A stretch of 64,000 bases of DNA from Caldisericia bacterium (GCA_963674785.1 OY771555.1:448001-512000), one strand, 5' to 3'; shown: positions 18,967-32,800, numbered from the stretch's first letter. Numbers and translations: made by a program. Notes: a model not told the origin generated them from the sequence alone.

Positions 18967-20910
18967 ATGAAGAAAGTATTTACAGTAGCTCTAATAGTTT
19001 TGATAGTTACTGGGATTTTATTGGGAAATACCAAGATAGATGCATCCTCAAAAAATAATGAATCATTTTGGATAGGGATTGACGAAACACCTTTTTTTGG
19101 AGCAGATTTTAACTACTCAGAGAATTTAAGTTTTACATCTCAAATGGATAAAGAGATGGGAGAAATCTTCAAACAAAGTGGTTTTGAAACCCTAATTGAT
19201 TCAAAAGGAAACCCCCATGTTTCATGGATATCGAGTTTGGGGAATATGACAAATATCGATTCAGATTTGATGTATATCAGATGGGACGGGAAAAACTGGG
19301 TTTGCATTGATGGAAGCATGTTCAATCTCACAAAAAACAACTTCAAAGAAAATCCTGCAAATATCTCAAAAAATCACGTGACTTCAAATCATTCATTTAA
19401 ACTTGATAGTGATGATAACCCTCATTTTGCATGGATTCAAAACCTAGGGGATTTTGAGGCGGTCGCTTATATTTACTGGGATGGGGAAAAACGGGTAAAC
19501 ATTGATGGATCAGCTTATGAGTCAACAACTGATTCTGAAGTTGATAGTTCAACAATCGTAGCAAAATGTCCGAGGAATAAAGAGAAGTATTTCAGCCTTC
19601 CCACCCTTACCATTACTCATTCCGGAAACCCTTGCATCACATGGAAACTGCATGAGAGATTCAAAGATTCTGTAACTAACTCACTTTGTTTCCTGAGGTG
19701 GAATGGGCACCAGTGGTCAACAATTCTAGATTATCCGGTTGATACTGGCGACTACGATAATTCGCAATTTTATTCACCCGGAGGTACAATCTACGATTAC
19801 AAATTTGTTCTGAATGAATATTCATATCCAGCATTCCTTGTTGACAATGGCAAACTAGATATCGAATATCTGATACACACAACCAGTGGATGGAAAACGA
19901 TTAATGACAAAGAGCTAAAAAATGATGAGGATGAAAAAATAAAAATCTTTACGCATTTGAAAGATTCAAACATCTCGAAATATTCTATCCACCTTGATGA
20001 AAACGCCACTCCTCACATCTTTTATCAGAAAAATATCCTTGGAAATGGGTATGAGGATGATAGAGCAGAACTTCACTATGAAAAATGGACAGCAGAGCTT
20101 CAGGAATCTGAGTCTCTCATGAGTGGTATTAGTGAAGGGGGAGTAGAGATTCTTCATTCAAAAATCCAGATTGACTCGAGTGGATTTCCACAGATTGCTT
20201 TTTGTTTATCAAAAAAATATCCAAGGGATTCCAAGGTTTTCTATATAAAATTTGACGGGTTAGGCTGGGTAAACATTGATGAAGAGAAGATTTCAAATGA
20301 ATTGAGCTTAGATAATCCTGCTTCAATTACAGACAAAAATTCCGATAAGAGATTGCTCTTTGATGATTTTGTGCTTGATGAAAATGATAATCCATATCTG
20401 ATAACCGAGATGATCTACTCCTATCCTGAATCCGAAATACCAGAGGATGGCTGGCAGGAAAACCCAATCTTTTTTATCAAAGGTAATGAAGGGCTCATTA
20501 AAGAAACTAGATGCAAAACAAAAGCCATTGAGCTTTGGATAAACAAAAGGGAGTTTCAGGTTGATGGTGAAAAGATGGAGTTTGATGTTCCTCCACAAAT
20601 CATCGATGACTCGACATACGTTCCACTTCGTGCTTTGGGTGATGTTTTGGGATGCAATACCGAGTGGGTGGCAGATGAGAGAAAAGTAATCTATACCTAC
20701 AACGATAAGTGTAATGGTGAAATCACAACACTTGAAATCTGGATTGGAAAACAAATCGGCAAGAAAAGTGGTGAAACCTGGGATATGGGACTTGCACCAT
20801 TGATTGTAAATGATAGGACTGTCGTCCCACTTCGAGCGATTTCTGAGGGGCTTGGGGCTGATGTTTCGTGGGAGGCAGAAACACGGAAAATCATAATAAC
20901 TCAAAACTGA
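18967..20910 (+). CDS. Secreted LDSxxNPH-repeat protein with C-terminal copper-amine-oxidase-N (stalk) domain
   Basis: IDSKGNPHVSW, LDSDDNPHFAW, YIRWDGKNWVCIDG; PQIIDDSTYVPLRALG and PLIVNDRTVVPLRAISEGLGADVSWE. Confidence 0.85.
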   Translation: MKKVFTVALIVLIVTGILLGNTKIDASSKNNESFWIGIDETPFFGADFNYSENLSFTSQMDKEMGEIFKQSGFETLIDSKGNPHVSWISSLGNMTNIDSDLMYIRWDGKNWVCIDGSMFNLTKNNFKENPANISKNHVTSNHSFKLDSDDNPHFAWIQNLGDFEAVAYIYWDGEKRVNIDGSAYESTTDSEVDSSTIVAKCPRNKEKYFSLPTLTITHSGNPCITWKLHERFKDSVTNSLCFLRWNGHQWSTILDYPVDTGDYDNSQFYSPGGTIYDYKFVLNEYSYPAFLVDNGKLDIEYLIHTTSGWKTINDKELKNDEDEKIKIFTHLKDSNISKYSIHLDENATPHIFYQKNILGNGYEDDRAELHYEKWTAELQESESLMSGISEGGVEILHSKIQIDSSGFPQIAFCLSKKYPRDSKVFYIKFDGLGWVNIDEEKISNELSLDNPASITDKNSDKRLLFDDFVLDENDNPYLITEMIYSYPESEIPEDGWQENPIFFIKGNEGLIKETRCKTKAIELWINKREFQVDGEKMEFDVPPQIIDDSTYVPLRALGDVLGCNTEWVADERKVIYTYNDKCNGEITTLEIWIGKQIGKKSGETWDMGLAPLIVNDRTVVPLRAISEGLGADVSWEAETRKIIITQN

Positions 20911-20933
20911 TGGTTGACTTGCTAACAACAAAA

Positions 20934-21356
20934 CTATTTAAATGGTGGGAAAACTCCGAACTTTTCCTGTTGTTTTAAAATGACTTCCTCTGCATCTGTA
21001 ACATATTCAACAACAGCAGAACCTTTGCCCATAAATAAAAACATCAGTTTGATCTTTAGTCTTTGGTTTGTTGATGAGACAACTCCTACAATATCAAAAA
21101 CATTTTTGGAAAGAATACCCTTTAACTCAAGATCTTTTGGAACAGTTCTGAAACTTGGGACATCAAGGTCTCTAATATCCAATACCATCCATATCTTTGA
21201 ACCAGCAGTCTTTACTGCTTCCTCAATTGCTTCTATCCAATCACCAACACTCTTTTCAATCTCCGCTGTCGACTCAGGAGAGCCAGATAGAATAACAACG
21301 AGAGTGTTGCTGTCCTTATTGTAGTTTAATACAGTATCAGAACTAACTTCGATCAC
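20934..21356 (-). CDS. Hypothetical protein, STAS/SpoIIAA-like fold possible
   Basis: Start (GTG 21356) uncertain; upstream TTGCAA/TATAAT promoter-like pair; 'LVVILSG..MVLDIRDL..IVGVV' pattern. Confidence 0.5.
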   Translation of the reverse strand: MIEVSSDTVLNYNKDSNTLVVILSGSPESTAEIEKSVGDWIEAIEEAVKTAGSKIWMVLDIRDLDVPSFRTVPKDLELKGILSKNVFDIVGVVSSTNQRLKIKLMFLFMGKGSAVVEYVTDAEEVILKQQEKFGVFPPFK

Positions 21357-21435
21357 CCCAATCCATTTTTTCTGATTATAACAAAAAGAATGGTTTTTGC
21401 AAATTCTGAAATTCTTTAATTGAGCGAGTAAAATA

Positions 21436-21459
21436 ATTGTGGTATACGTATACCACAAT
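21436..21459. promoter_or_regulatory. Perfect 24-bp palindrome, putative Rrf2 operator
   Basis: ATTGTGGTATAC|GTATACCACAAT overlapping ATG 21458 of the Rrf2 gene. Confidence 0.7.
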
Positions 21460-21892
21460 GAAGAAAGACATTATAAATACTGACATTTTTAAGCTCAATG
21501 AGGCAACCTCAATTGCAGTTCACGCAGCCACCTACATGGCACTAAATATGGACAGGTTTGTTGGTGCGACTGAAATTTCAGAATCTCTCAAGGCATCGCG
21601 TGACCATGTCGAAAAAGTGATGCAACGCATGGCAAAAGCAGGATTTATCACAGCAAAACGTGGTCCAAAAGGTGGCTTCAAATTAAAAAAAAATCCCGAT
21701 GAGATAACACTTCTTGAACCATTTGAAGTATTTGAAGGTGAAGTCACAAAAGACATTCACTGTCCACTTGGACAATCCTTTTGTGGAGGAAAACTTTGCG
21801 TAATTGGTAAACTTTTTTCAAAACTCCAACATGAAGCAGTCCAATTTTTAAGCAAGATCACTCTTGCTGATGTCGTTAATGGCAACTTTTAG
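21458..21892 (+). CDS. Rrf2 family transcriptional regulator (NsrR/IscR-like)
   Basis: AVHA..A..EISE..KVMQRMAKAGFITAKRGPKGGFKL..PDEITL; three Cys (CPLGQSFCGGKLC). Confidence 0.9.
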   Translation: MKKDIINTDIFKLNEATSIAVHAATYMALNMDRFVGATEISESLKASRDHVEKVMQRMAKAGFITAKRGPKGGFKLKKNPDEITLLEPFEVFEGEVTKDIHCPLGQSFCGGKLCVIGKLFSKLQHEAVQFLSKITLADVVNGNF

Positions 21893-21900
21893 GAGGGACA

Positions 21901-22632
21901 ATGAAGGTAAGGGAAATAGTAAGAATAGACGAAGAAAAATGCGATGGATGCGGACTATGTGTTCCAAATTGTGCTGAGGGTGCAATAAAGATTATTGATG
22001 GAAAAGCAAAGCTTATTACTGATGCACTCTGTGATGGGCTTGGTGCTTGTCTTGGTCACTGCCCACAAGGTGCAATCACAATCATATCTCGAACAGCTGA
22101 TGAGTACGATGAGGAACTTGTGAAATCAGAGCTTGCAAGGAAAGAAAAATGTCATACCACAGAACCTCATGGGGAGTCATCAAAATCTCTTGCTTGCGGA
22201 TGTCCTGGATCGGTGGCAAGAACTCTCAAGAAAACACAAACAAACACAGACACCTCAGCAAAAATAGAATCAGAACTCACCCACTGGCCTGTACAGATGC
22301 ACCTTGTTCCAACTGGTGCCACGTATTTTAAAAACGCAGACATCCTACTTGTGGCAGACTGTGTCCCATTTGCATATGCAGATTTCCATAGAAAAATATT
22401 GAAAGGCAAACCTGTAATCATCGGGTGTCCAAAACTTGATGATGCAGAAAGCTATGTCAACAAACTCTCAAGAATTCTAAGGGAATCCACACCTAACAGT
22501 ATTACAGTTGTACATATGGAAGTCCCATGCTGCTCTGGACTCTCAAGGATTGCCAAGCTTGCAAAAGAATACGCGGATGTAGAGATACCAATCTACGATT
22601 TAGAAGTAAGTGTCGATGGACACATAAAGTAA
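21901..22632 (+). CDS. 4Fe-4S dicluster ferredoxin-domain protein (hcp-associated)
   Basis: CDGCGLCVPNC and CDGLGACLGHCP; WPVQMHLV, ADC, GCPKLDD, MEVPCC. Confidence 0.9.
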   Translation: MKVREIVRIDEEKCDGCGLCVPNCAEGAIKIIDGKAKLITDALCDGLGACLGHCPQGAITIISRTADEYDEELVKSELARKEKCHTTEPHGESSKSLACGCPGSVARTLKKTQTNTDTSAKIESELTHWPVQMHLVPTGATYFKNADILLVADCVPFAYADFHRKILKGKPVIIGCPKLDDAESYVNKLSRILRESTPNSITVVHMEVPCCSGLSRIAKLAKEYADVEIPIYDLEVSVDGHIK

Positions 22633-22644
22633 AGGAGAATACTC

Positions 22645-24300
22645 ATGGATATGTTCTGTTACGAATGTGAACAAGCAGCAAACGGAAAAGGCTGCATGGT
22701 AAAAGGTGTTTGCGGAAAATCCCCAGAGGTCGCAAAACTTCAAGACCTTTTAATTCACGCCACAAAGGGGCTTTCTGTCTGGGCTAACCTAGCAAGAGCA
22801 CACGCAGTCACAAACAAGGATGTCGATTGGCACGTGATTGAATCACTCTTTACAATTGTTACAAATGTTGATTTTGACCCAGAAAGAATTGCTGGAATCT
22901 TAAGAGAAACCTACAAACTTAGAGAGTCTCTGAAGGCAAAGGTTGTTCCAATCTTCAAAAAAATCAAAGGGTTCGAACCACCTATTGATGAAGCCTGTGC
23001 AAACTGGATTCCTGCTGACAGCCTCTCTGGGCTTATCGCACAGGCAGAAGAGGTTTCTGTCCCAAAGAGACAAGAAAAAGTTGGAGAATCGCTTGCTGGA
23101 CTTGAGCAATTCACACTTTATGGTCTCATGGGTGCAGCAGCATACATCCATCATGCAGCGGTTCTTGGAGTTTCTGATGATGCTGTTTTTGCAAAGGTTC
23201 ATCAGGTTTTAAATTTCCTTGCAAACGATAATTCAGTAGATGATGTTCTCAAAACTGCTCTCGAGGTTGGGGAACTCAATCTCAAAGCAATGGAGATGCT
23301 TGATAAAGCAAACACTGATACATATGGTCACCCTGAACCAACACAGGCTCGAATGACACCGGTTCCAGGAAAAGCAATCCTTGTCTCCGGTCATGACCTG
23401 AAAGACCTCGAACTACTGCTTGCACAGACCGAAGGAAAAGGAATCAATATTTACACCCACTCTGAGATGCTTCCAGCCCTTGCCTATCCAGAACTCAAAA
23501 AACACAAACATCTTATCGGAAACTACGGCACCGCTTGGCAGAATCAGCACAAAGAATTTGATGCTTTCCCAGGTGCAATCCTCATGACAACAAACTGCAT
23601 CCAGGAACCAAGGCAATCTTATAAAGACAGAATCTTTACAACAGGACTTGTTGCATTCCCAGGTGTCACACACATCGATAGCAAAAAAGATTTCGCTCCA
23701 GTAATTGAAGCGGCACTTTCTGCTCAAGGTTTTAGTGACATTCCAGATGAGAGAGTTATCCCAATCGGTTTTGCAAGAAATACTGTGATGTCTGTTGCAG
23801 ATAAGGTAATCGAGGGTGTTAAAGCTGGGGCAATCAAACACTTCTTCCTTGTTGGTGGATGTGATGGTGTCAAATCAGAACGTAGCTACTACACAGAACT
23901 TGCGAAACAAATCCCTGACGATTGTGTGATTCTCACACTTGCCTGCGGAAAATATAGGCTCAACCATCTTGACCTTGGAGACATCGGTGGAATCCCAAGA
24001 CTTCTTGACCTTGGTCAATGTAATGATGCCTACTCAGCAATACAGATTGCAGTCGCTCTCGCAAATGCCTTTGAATGTGGAGTAAACGATCTTCCGCTCT
24101 CACTTGTCCTGTCTTGGTACGAACAAAAGGCTGTTGCAATATTACTTACACTCCTTCACCTTGGAATTACAAACATAAGAATTGGCCCATCACTTCCTGC
24201 AGCCCTCACACCAGATGTTCTAAAGGTTCTCATCAAAAAATTTGCCGTCAAACCCATAGGTGACCCTGCAGGTGACCTTAAGGACATGCTTGGAAAATAG
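22645..24300 (+). CDS. hcp: Hybrid cluster protein (hydroxylamine/NO reductase)
   Basis: MFCYECEQ..GC..GVCGK, ILVSGHDL, YTHSEMLPA, GGCDG, TLACGKYR, GQCND, SWYEQKA. Confidence 0.97.
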   Translation: MDMFCYECEQAANGKGCMVKGVCGKSPEVAKLQDLLIHATKGLSVWANLARAHAVTNKDVDWHVIESLFTIVTNVDFDPERIAGILRETYKLRESLKAKVVPIFKKIKGFEPPIDEACANWIPADSLSGLIAQAEEVSVPKRQEKVGESLAGLEQFTLYGLMGAAAYIHHAAVLGVSDDAVFAKVHQVLNFLANDNSVDDVLKTALEVGELNLKAMEMLDKANTDTYGHPEPTQARMTPVPGKAILVSGHDLKDLELLLAQTEGKGINIYTHSEMLPALAYPELKKHKHLIGNYGTAWQNQHKEFDAFPGAILMTTNCIQEPRQSYKDRIFTTGLVAFPGVTHIDSKKDFAPVIEAALSAQGFSDIPDERVIPIGFARNTVMSVADKVIEGVKAGAIKHFFLVGGCDGVKSERSYYTELAKQIPDDCVILTLACGKYRLNHLDLGDIGGIPRLLDLGQCNDAYSAIQIAVALANAFECGVNDLPLSLVLSWYEQKAVAILLTLLHLGITNIRIGPSLPAALTPDVLKVLIKKFAVKPIGDPAGDLKDMLGK

Positions 24301-24331
24301 TCAATAAAACACACTCTTTTCATATTTTTCT

Positions 24332-24366
24332 AATCCCCTGGTGGAAGGAATACCAGGGGATTTTTT
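24332..24366 (+). terminator. Intrinsic terminator
   Basis: AATCCCCTGGT...ACCAGGGGATT followed by a T-run. Confidence 0.8.
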
Positions 24367-24549
24367 GATGTTACATTCACGAGCTCGCATCAAAGTATTC
24401 CCTGCCCATATCGATTTTCAAGAATCAGCCAGTCACAGATTTCAAAAAATCGTACTGATCAAAAGTTAAACTAAGCTTGAGATCGATTAAATAATGGACT
24501 TGTTAGGGAAGTCGTTCTGATGATATATTTATTCCAAGGAGGCAGTTTC

Positions 24550-25686
24550 ATGAAAACCAGAAGAATAGTTACATCAGTTCTCGTTTTTGTTCTAGCAAGT
24601 ATGCTTTTAATGGGGTTTGTGTTCGGGTCAAATACCGCAAAAACAAAAAAGATGGAAATATTTGGTGATTTTACTGTTTTCATCTCAGATGGCGAAGATA
24701 TTCCATTTATAAAGCATTCAAAAGACAATGGAATCACAGTCTACAAGATGGATTATGATGCAGAAACCTTTGAAATCGAGCCTGTCTATGACGATGAGGG
24801 CAATCAGGTTGTTTCTCAATCATCCGATAAAGATTTCATTGAAAATCTGAACAATGTTTTTTGTACGAAAAACGCATGCAATCTAGAGGTCACGAATATC
24901 GAAGGTGTCACTGATCTCTTTTTTGGAATTTCTGTTGGAGAGATATCCGGGAAATTCTGCACTGTTACTCTACGAGAAGGTGAACCAGATGAAACAACAT
25001 TGCAACTATCGCTTCTGACTCCTCGTGAAAAAAGGGAGATGGATAGAGAAGATATCGCAATTGGAAGCATTTTCTTTATGGATGAAGACTTCAATTATGC
25101 CTGTTACAAATACACGGGAGATGACCTTGTTCTTTATGAACAGAAAGCCCTCAACCCGGACATTGATTATGGGAATAACCCAGCACTATCAAATAAGACA
25201 ATCCCTAATGAATGGCATTGGTCAGGAAATACATCAAAAGGGTATCTTTGGGTAAAACCTTTTAGTGATGAGTTTTATGCCGGTGGAGTAAAAGGTCATT
25301 TGATTGGCCAATATAAACTTAGAGTGGGTGATGAATACGATCAGATAATCCACCCAAAGAATGAGAATGATCCCATTATGGTTGATGCATCATGGTTTAT
25401 CAAGATGCTTTATGGAGTTGAGACTTATGACTCAGAACATAGAGAACCAAGAAAATCAAGCCTATATATGCTGAAAGAAGTTGATGACAGAACAATTGAA
25501 ACAATAAAACTACAGATTGAAGAGGATAACAAAACTGGGTTGATTAACGACGAAATCGAGTATGAATTTTCTAAAACGCCTTATAATCGAGTTTATGCAC
25601 CCCTTTTTGATCTCTGTGATATATTCAAAATCAACTACCATTACAGACCATTTGACCACAGTGTGCTGATCGAGAGATTTAGATAA
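24550..25686 (+). CDS. Secreted hypothetical protein with degenerate stalk-like C-terminus
   Basis: RBS GGAGG; signal peptide; C-terminal NRVYAPLFDLCDIF. Confidence 0.65.
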   Translation: MKTRRIVTSVLVFVLASMLLMGFVFGSNTAKTKKMEIFGDFTVFISDGEDIPFIKHSKDNGITVYKMDYDAETFEIEPVYDDEGNQVVSQSSDKDFIENLNNVFCTKNACNLEVTNIEGVTDLFFGISVGEISGKFCTVTLREGEPDETTLQLSLLTPREKREMDREDIAIGSIFFMDEDFNYACYKYTGDDLVLYEQKALNPDIDYGNNPALSNKTIPNEWHWSGNTSKGYLWVKPFSDEFYAGGVKGHLIGQYKLRVGDEYDQIIHPKNENDPIMVDASWFIKMLYGVETYDSEHREPRKSSLYMLKEVDDRTIETIKLQIEEDNKTGLINDEIEYEFSKTPYNRVYAPLFDLCDIFKINYHYRPFDHSVLIERFR

Positions 25687-25729
25687 GAACCACTACCTTT
25701 TTTTGAGTTTTTTACTCATCCCAAAACTT

Positions 25730-25758
25730 TTCCCTGGACTTGATTTAAGTCCGGGGAA
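25730..25758. terminator. Hairpin
   Basis: TTCCCTGGACTT-5nt-AAGTCCGGGGAA. Confidence 0.45.
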
Positions 25759-25948
25759 CACAAATATTCCTTATTTCAGATAAACAAGCATATCTTTGTC
25801 CAAAAAAAATAATCAGATTAATGATTCAAATCCACAGGGGTATTTCAAAAAAACTAAACTCATCTCAAAATTTGCTATTGTTCAGAACTCAAATACAATA
25901 ATCATGGTGTTTTTTTCGATTGACAGTTAGCTAACATTTGGCATATAA

Positions 25949-28159
<2,211 letters not shown>

Positions 28160-28175
28160 AAATTCAATTCCAAAG

Positions 28176-28201
28176 ATTGGGGCAACCTAGATTGCCCCAA
28201 T
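28176..28201 (+). terminator. Terminator-like hairpin
   Basis: ATTGGGGCAA-6nt-TTGCCCCAAT. Confidence 0.6.
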
Positions 28202-28313
28202 TCATATAAAAACTGATAAATTCTATATTTCTTTTAGTACTACAGATTTTTGGAACTATTTATAAGCACTCGTTGTATGTAAAGTAAAAGAAAAGGAAGG
28301 AAGGATAAATAAA

Positions 28314-29351
28314 GTGTATAAGAAATATAAACCATGGATAATTATCGGAGTCGTAGCCATCATGATTTTGTCAGTTGTAATGATGGTTGTTATCGGTCGA
28401 AACGGAAATGATTATTATGGATATGATTATGATGAGGGATATTCGGATAATGGTTATTATGAAGAGGATGGAGTAAGGGACGAATGGGGAGCTCAACCGG
28501 GAGAAATTAATGATGATATTGAGTCAGCAGCAGGCAGCATGGAAAAAAGAGCCATGAAGGTTGATACAGCCGACATGCTAGCATCAAATAGTCAAGCACC
28601 TGCACCATCAGTGGTTGAATATGACCTTGAAAAGAGACCTGTTTATGCTGGTGAAATAATAGAAATGGTGAAAAAGGATGGCACAATAGTCATTTCTGGT
28701 GAAAAGCCAGTTGATATCTATTCACAAGCAAAACAAAGAGCATTCTCAGTAGGTGGATCAGTTTCAAACTACAACAGTGAAACAAGTACATATAATGGTA
28801 TGAAATATCAAACCATTACCTGCACACTTGTTGTCCCAACTTCCGAATTTTCCCAAGTTTTTGATTACGTTTTGACATTAGGAGAAGAGAAGAATTCAAA
28901 CATTAATGAGGTGAAAGTAACTGAGGAATACTATGGACTCAAAGATGACCTTAACAACAGAAAAAGAGCAATTGCAGAACTTGAAAAAATCTATGCAAAA
29001 GCAAAAAATGTTGAAGATTCATTAAGTGTTTATTACCAGATTCAAGATATTCAAAGAGAGGTTGACAGAATCCAAGGAAAGATGAATTACCTCCAGACTG
29101 TCAGCTCAGAATCAAGAATCCATATGACAATCACCCAGCCTGATGAAGACTCTGTTACACCTCCAACAACAAGCAGATTCATGAGAGGACTACAGAGACT
29201 CTGGAATGATATTCAAGATGGAGTCATCTGGTTAATCGGATTCCTCATCATGTTGGTCTTCATTGGAATAGTTGTATTCCTGCTTGTTCTTCTCGGAATA
29301 TTCATCTACAGAAAAGTAAAATCATCACTTGGGAACAAACAGATAGAATAA
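28314..29351 (+). CDS. DUF4349-like membrane-anchored coiled-coil protein
   Basis: N- and C-terminal TM segments; GGSVS..LVVP..F..V..LG..VTEEY..L..AKNVED..IQ.EVDRIQGK..YL..SRI. Confidence 0.8.
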   Translation: MYKKYKPWIIIGVVAIMILSVVMMVVIGRNGNDYYGYDYDEGYSDNGYYEEDGVRDEWGAQPGEINDDIESAAGSMEKRAMKVDTADMLASNSQAPAPSVVEYDLEKRPVYAGEIIEMVKKDGTIVISGEKPVDIYSQAKQRAFSVGGSVSNYNSETSTYNGMKYQTITCTLVVPTSEFSQVFDYVLTLGEEKNSNINEVKVTEEYYGLKDDLNNRKRAIAELEKIYAKAKNVEDSLSVYYQIQDIQREVDRIQGKMNYLQTVSSESRIHMTITQPDEDSVTPPTTSRFMRGLQRLWNDIQDGVIWLIGFLIMLVFIGIVVFLLVLLGIFIYRKVKSSLGNKQIE

Positions 29352-29429
29352 CGTGTAGTAGATATGTTACGAAAGTAACAATTGCAAAAAGTAACGATAA
29401 CTCTCCTTTATCGTGAGTATTTGATCACG

Positions 29430-29466
29430 AGAGACCCTTTGTCAGCCACCAAAGGGTCTCTTTTTT
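29430..29466 (+). terminator. Intrinsic terminator
   Basis: AGAGACCCTTTG-8nt-CAAAGGGTCTCT followed by a T-run. Confidence 0.8.
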
Positions 29467-29761
29467 ATGTGGTCGATAAAAAATCTCGATTCCGCATCAA
29501 TTCAACAGGTTTTTCCAAATTTGCAATTTTTTTGATTCCTCAAGCAGAAGAGAAGTAACCATAAAGGTTAACAAAGAGATTTCTCTGCTATCCCTTCCAA
29601 GCATATGAAGAATTATTCCCGATAACTAAGACAAACATAAAATTTTTGTAAATTTTTTTTGTATAAAAAATCCGAATCCGAAAAAAGGAATTTTATCACT
29701 GTATACGTACATTATCAACAAAACAAAATAAATATGCATATATGTTTTCAACTGAAAAAAG

Positions 29762-29790
29762 TTGCAATTATTTAACATACAAGCTAGAAT
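29762..29790 (+). promoter_or_regulatory. Sigma70-type promoter
   Basis: TTGCAA-17-TAGAAT upstream of RBS GGAGG. Confidence 0.5.
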
Positions 29791-29824
29791 ACACTACATC
29801 GTTGTACCTTGGAGGTATATGAAC

Positions 29825-32800
29825 ATGAAAAACGTGATTAAGCTTACGCTTGTTCTTGCCCTAGCTATTTCGGCTTTGTGGTTTGTGCCAGCTGGACAAC
29901 CCGAAAATGTTTCCGCATATTTAGGATGGGTTGGTGCAGATGGATCACCATATTTCGGTGGAACATTACCACAGCCATTTGACATAAATGTAAGTAACGA
30001 TGGTGGAATCTCTGTATCAGGCTTCGATAGAGACCTCGTGCTTGATGCATACAATGATCCACATATTGCATGGTTTAGCAATAGCGCCTCAGGTTCTCAA
30101 GAACTATTTGTCTATTACGTGCATTGGGACGATACACAGCAAACATGGCTCTGTGCAAACGGTGACGATTATGCTGTTACCCCAGGAAGTGCAAGAGTCG
30201 GCACAAGAACCGCTGATGTTGACGATGATTACGCATCACTCTCACTCGCACTCGACAGCAACAGAAGACCACATCTGGCAATAAGTGGTGTTGATAATGG
30301 TGACGGAGATATTGTTTATGTTCGCTGGAATGGAACAGCATGGGTTTCCCTTGATGGAGTAGACTATCTCACAAATCCAGATGCAGCAAACGTAACTGAC
30401 TCAGCTAATTTCACTGGCGGTGGTCAGCCAGTCATGCAGGGAATTGATGCGTTCCCATCACTTGCTCTTGATGCTGAGAACAACCCAAATCTTGCCTGGC
30501 AGCATGATTCAGACGATAACGCCGTAAATCGCAGCTGGGAGATTTATTTCATTCACACAGTACAGAACCAGACAATCTGGAGATCAAGTGGTGCAAACGG
30601 TTTCCAGTTCTGGCTAAAAAGTCATTATGACAAATGCCGTGTGAGCAATAATGATGGCGACTCGATTTACCCATCAATGGTCTTAAGTTTCAATGACCCA
30701 CTTGATACAGCAGGGCTTGGAATGCCACATATCGCTTGGCAGGACGATACCTGGAATGGAAATGAAGAAATTGCTTATCTTCTCTGGCACGGAGACGAAA
30801 ATGGTGGAAATACCTCACCGTGGTATTGTGTTGATGGAAGTGCTTATGACCCATCAATCGCAGTTAACCCTGTAAACGTCAGCAGGAATACAGGAGACTC
30901 CAATAATCCATCACTAGTTGTTGATTCATCAAATAGTCCACTTATTGCATGGGAAGATGAAACAAACGCTGTGAATGGAAATATGGATATTTTCTTCTCC
31001 AGATGGAGCACAACCAACACAGATTGGATTTGTGCTGACGGAACACTCTACAATCCAGTAGCAAATCCAAACCCAGTTAATGTTACCAGAAATGTTGGAG
31101 ATTCAGTTGAGGTCTCACTTGATATGGACTCATCAGAGGAACCACATATTGTATGGTGTGATGATAGCTACACCAGCACATATTCAGATTTCAATTTATT
31201 CTACATGGGTTGGGATGGTTCAAATTGGCTCTATGCTGACACAACCTCCTATGATGAGACAGAGGATCCAAACCATTGTAATGTCAGTGAAAATGATTAT
31301 TTCTCATGGGCACCTTGTCTTGTAATTGATAGTACTGATGTGCCACATATTGCCTGGACAGATGAAACCGGAGCAGGACTTCCTGGTCCATTACCGTTTA
31401 GCACACCAACTGGTGGCGAGTACGAAACCCAGGATTGGAATGATGACTACAGCGGATGGAGCACGAGCGAAGTTTACTATGTTACATGGGAAAACTCATT
31501 TGACGGCGTACTCAGCCTCGAAAAATCTGTTGATTCAGATAATGACGGACTGTTTGATGATGACGGAGAGCTTGTTGTTTCAAATGGAACTCTGACATAT
31601 CAGGTTGATTATGAATATGTTTCTGGCAATGACCCAGTTCTTGACGGATATATCTATGACTCAGTCCCAGATGGTACCTATTACATTGGTGGATCGATGT
31701 CCCCGATATATGAGTACTCAACAGACAACGGAGTAACATGGATTCCAGGTGAAGCACCAGACGGAAGCCCAGGTGGCACAATGTTTAGGTGGGCACTTGA
31801 TACAAATAATGGCTGGAGTCCACTCACAATCCTTTTCTCAGTAAGAATAATCAACCCACCACTGGCATGGGTTTTCTGCAACACTGCGTCTCTTGACCAT
31901 CTCCAGATTGAAGACCCAATGGAATCAAACACTGTCTGCAACACCCTCGATTATCAATTCACAGGCACATTTGAAGTATCAAAAAATGTTGATGTTGACG
32001 GTGATGGATTCTATGAAGATAGTGGATATCCAGTTGAACGTGGTGAAGCTCTTTGTTATGAACTGGAGTGGAGCTTTGATAACCCAAATAATGACCCTCT
32101 TGCAGCTGCTTATCTTTATGATGTAATCCCTGAAAACACAACATATCTTGCAGGAGCAATACCAGAATATAATCTTTCATACTCCGTAGATGGTGGGACA
32201 ACCTGGCTTTCAGGCGAACCAACAGTTGGAACAGCCTCTGGAACAATCCTCAGATGGGGACCACTGCCAAGTGGATGGGTCGGTGCAGATGACTCACAGT
32301 ATATTGGTTCAATGGTAAGTCAGCCAATGGATATTGATGTGAGTAGATCTCTTACCAACTCTTATACTGATGAGGACAGATTCCTTGCACTTGATTCAAA
32401 CAACTACCCACACATTGCTTGGAGAGAGAGACTTCCAACAGACGAAGACATCTATTATGTAAGATGGGATGGCTCAAACTGGGTAACAGCAAACGGTAGT
32501 GTTTATGACCCATTAACAGAAAATGCAAACATAAGCAGAACAACTGCAGAATCAAGAAGTCCATCATTTGCCCTCGATTCAAATGACCTCCCACATATTT
32601 CGTGGAGAGAGCTTGACCCACAGGTAACCGGCGGCGGATACGACATTGTATACATCAAGTTTGATGGAACAAACTGGGTTTGTGCGGATGGAACTGTATA
32701 TGACCCAACAACTACCAATTCAAATGTATCCGATAATGATGGATCATCACAGCACCCATCACTTGTACTTGATTCAAATGATAACCCATGTATCGCATGG

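Noticed and set aside
21357-21458. Two divergent ORFs both starting MWYTYTT
   Set aside because: Artefact of the 24-bp palindrome; the real starts are probably 21458 (+) and about 21356 (-)
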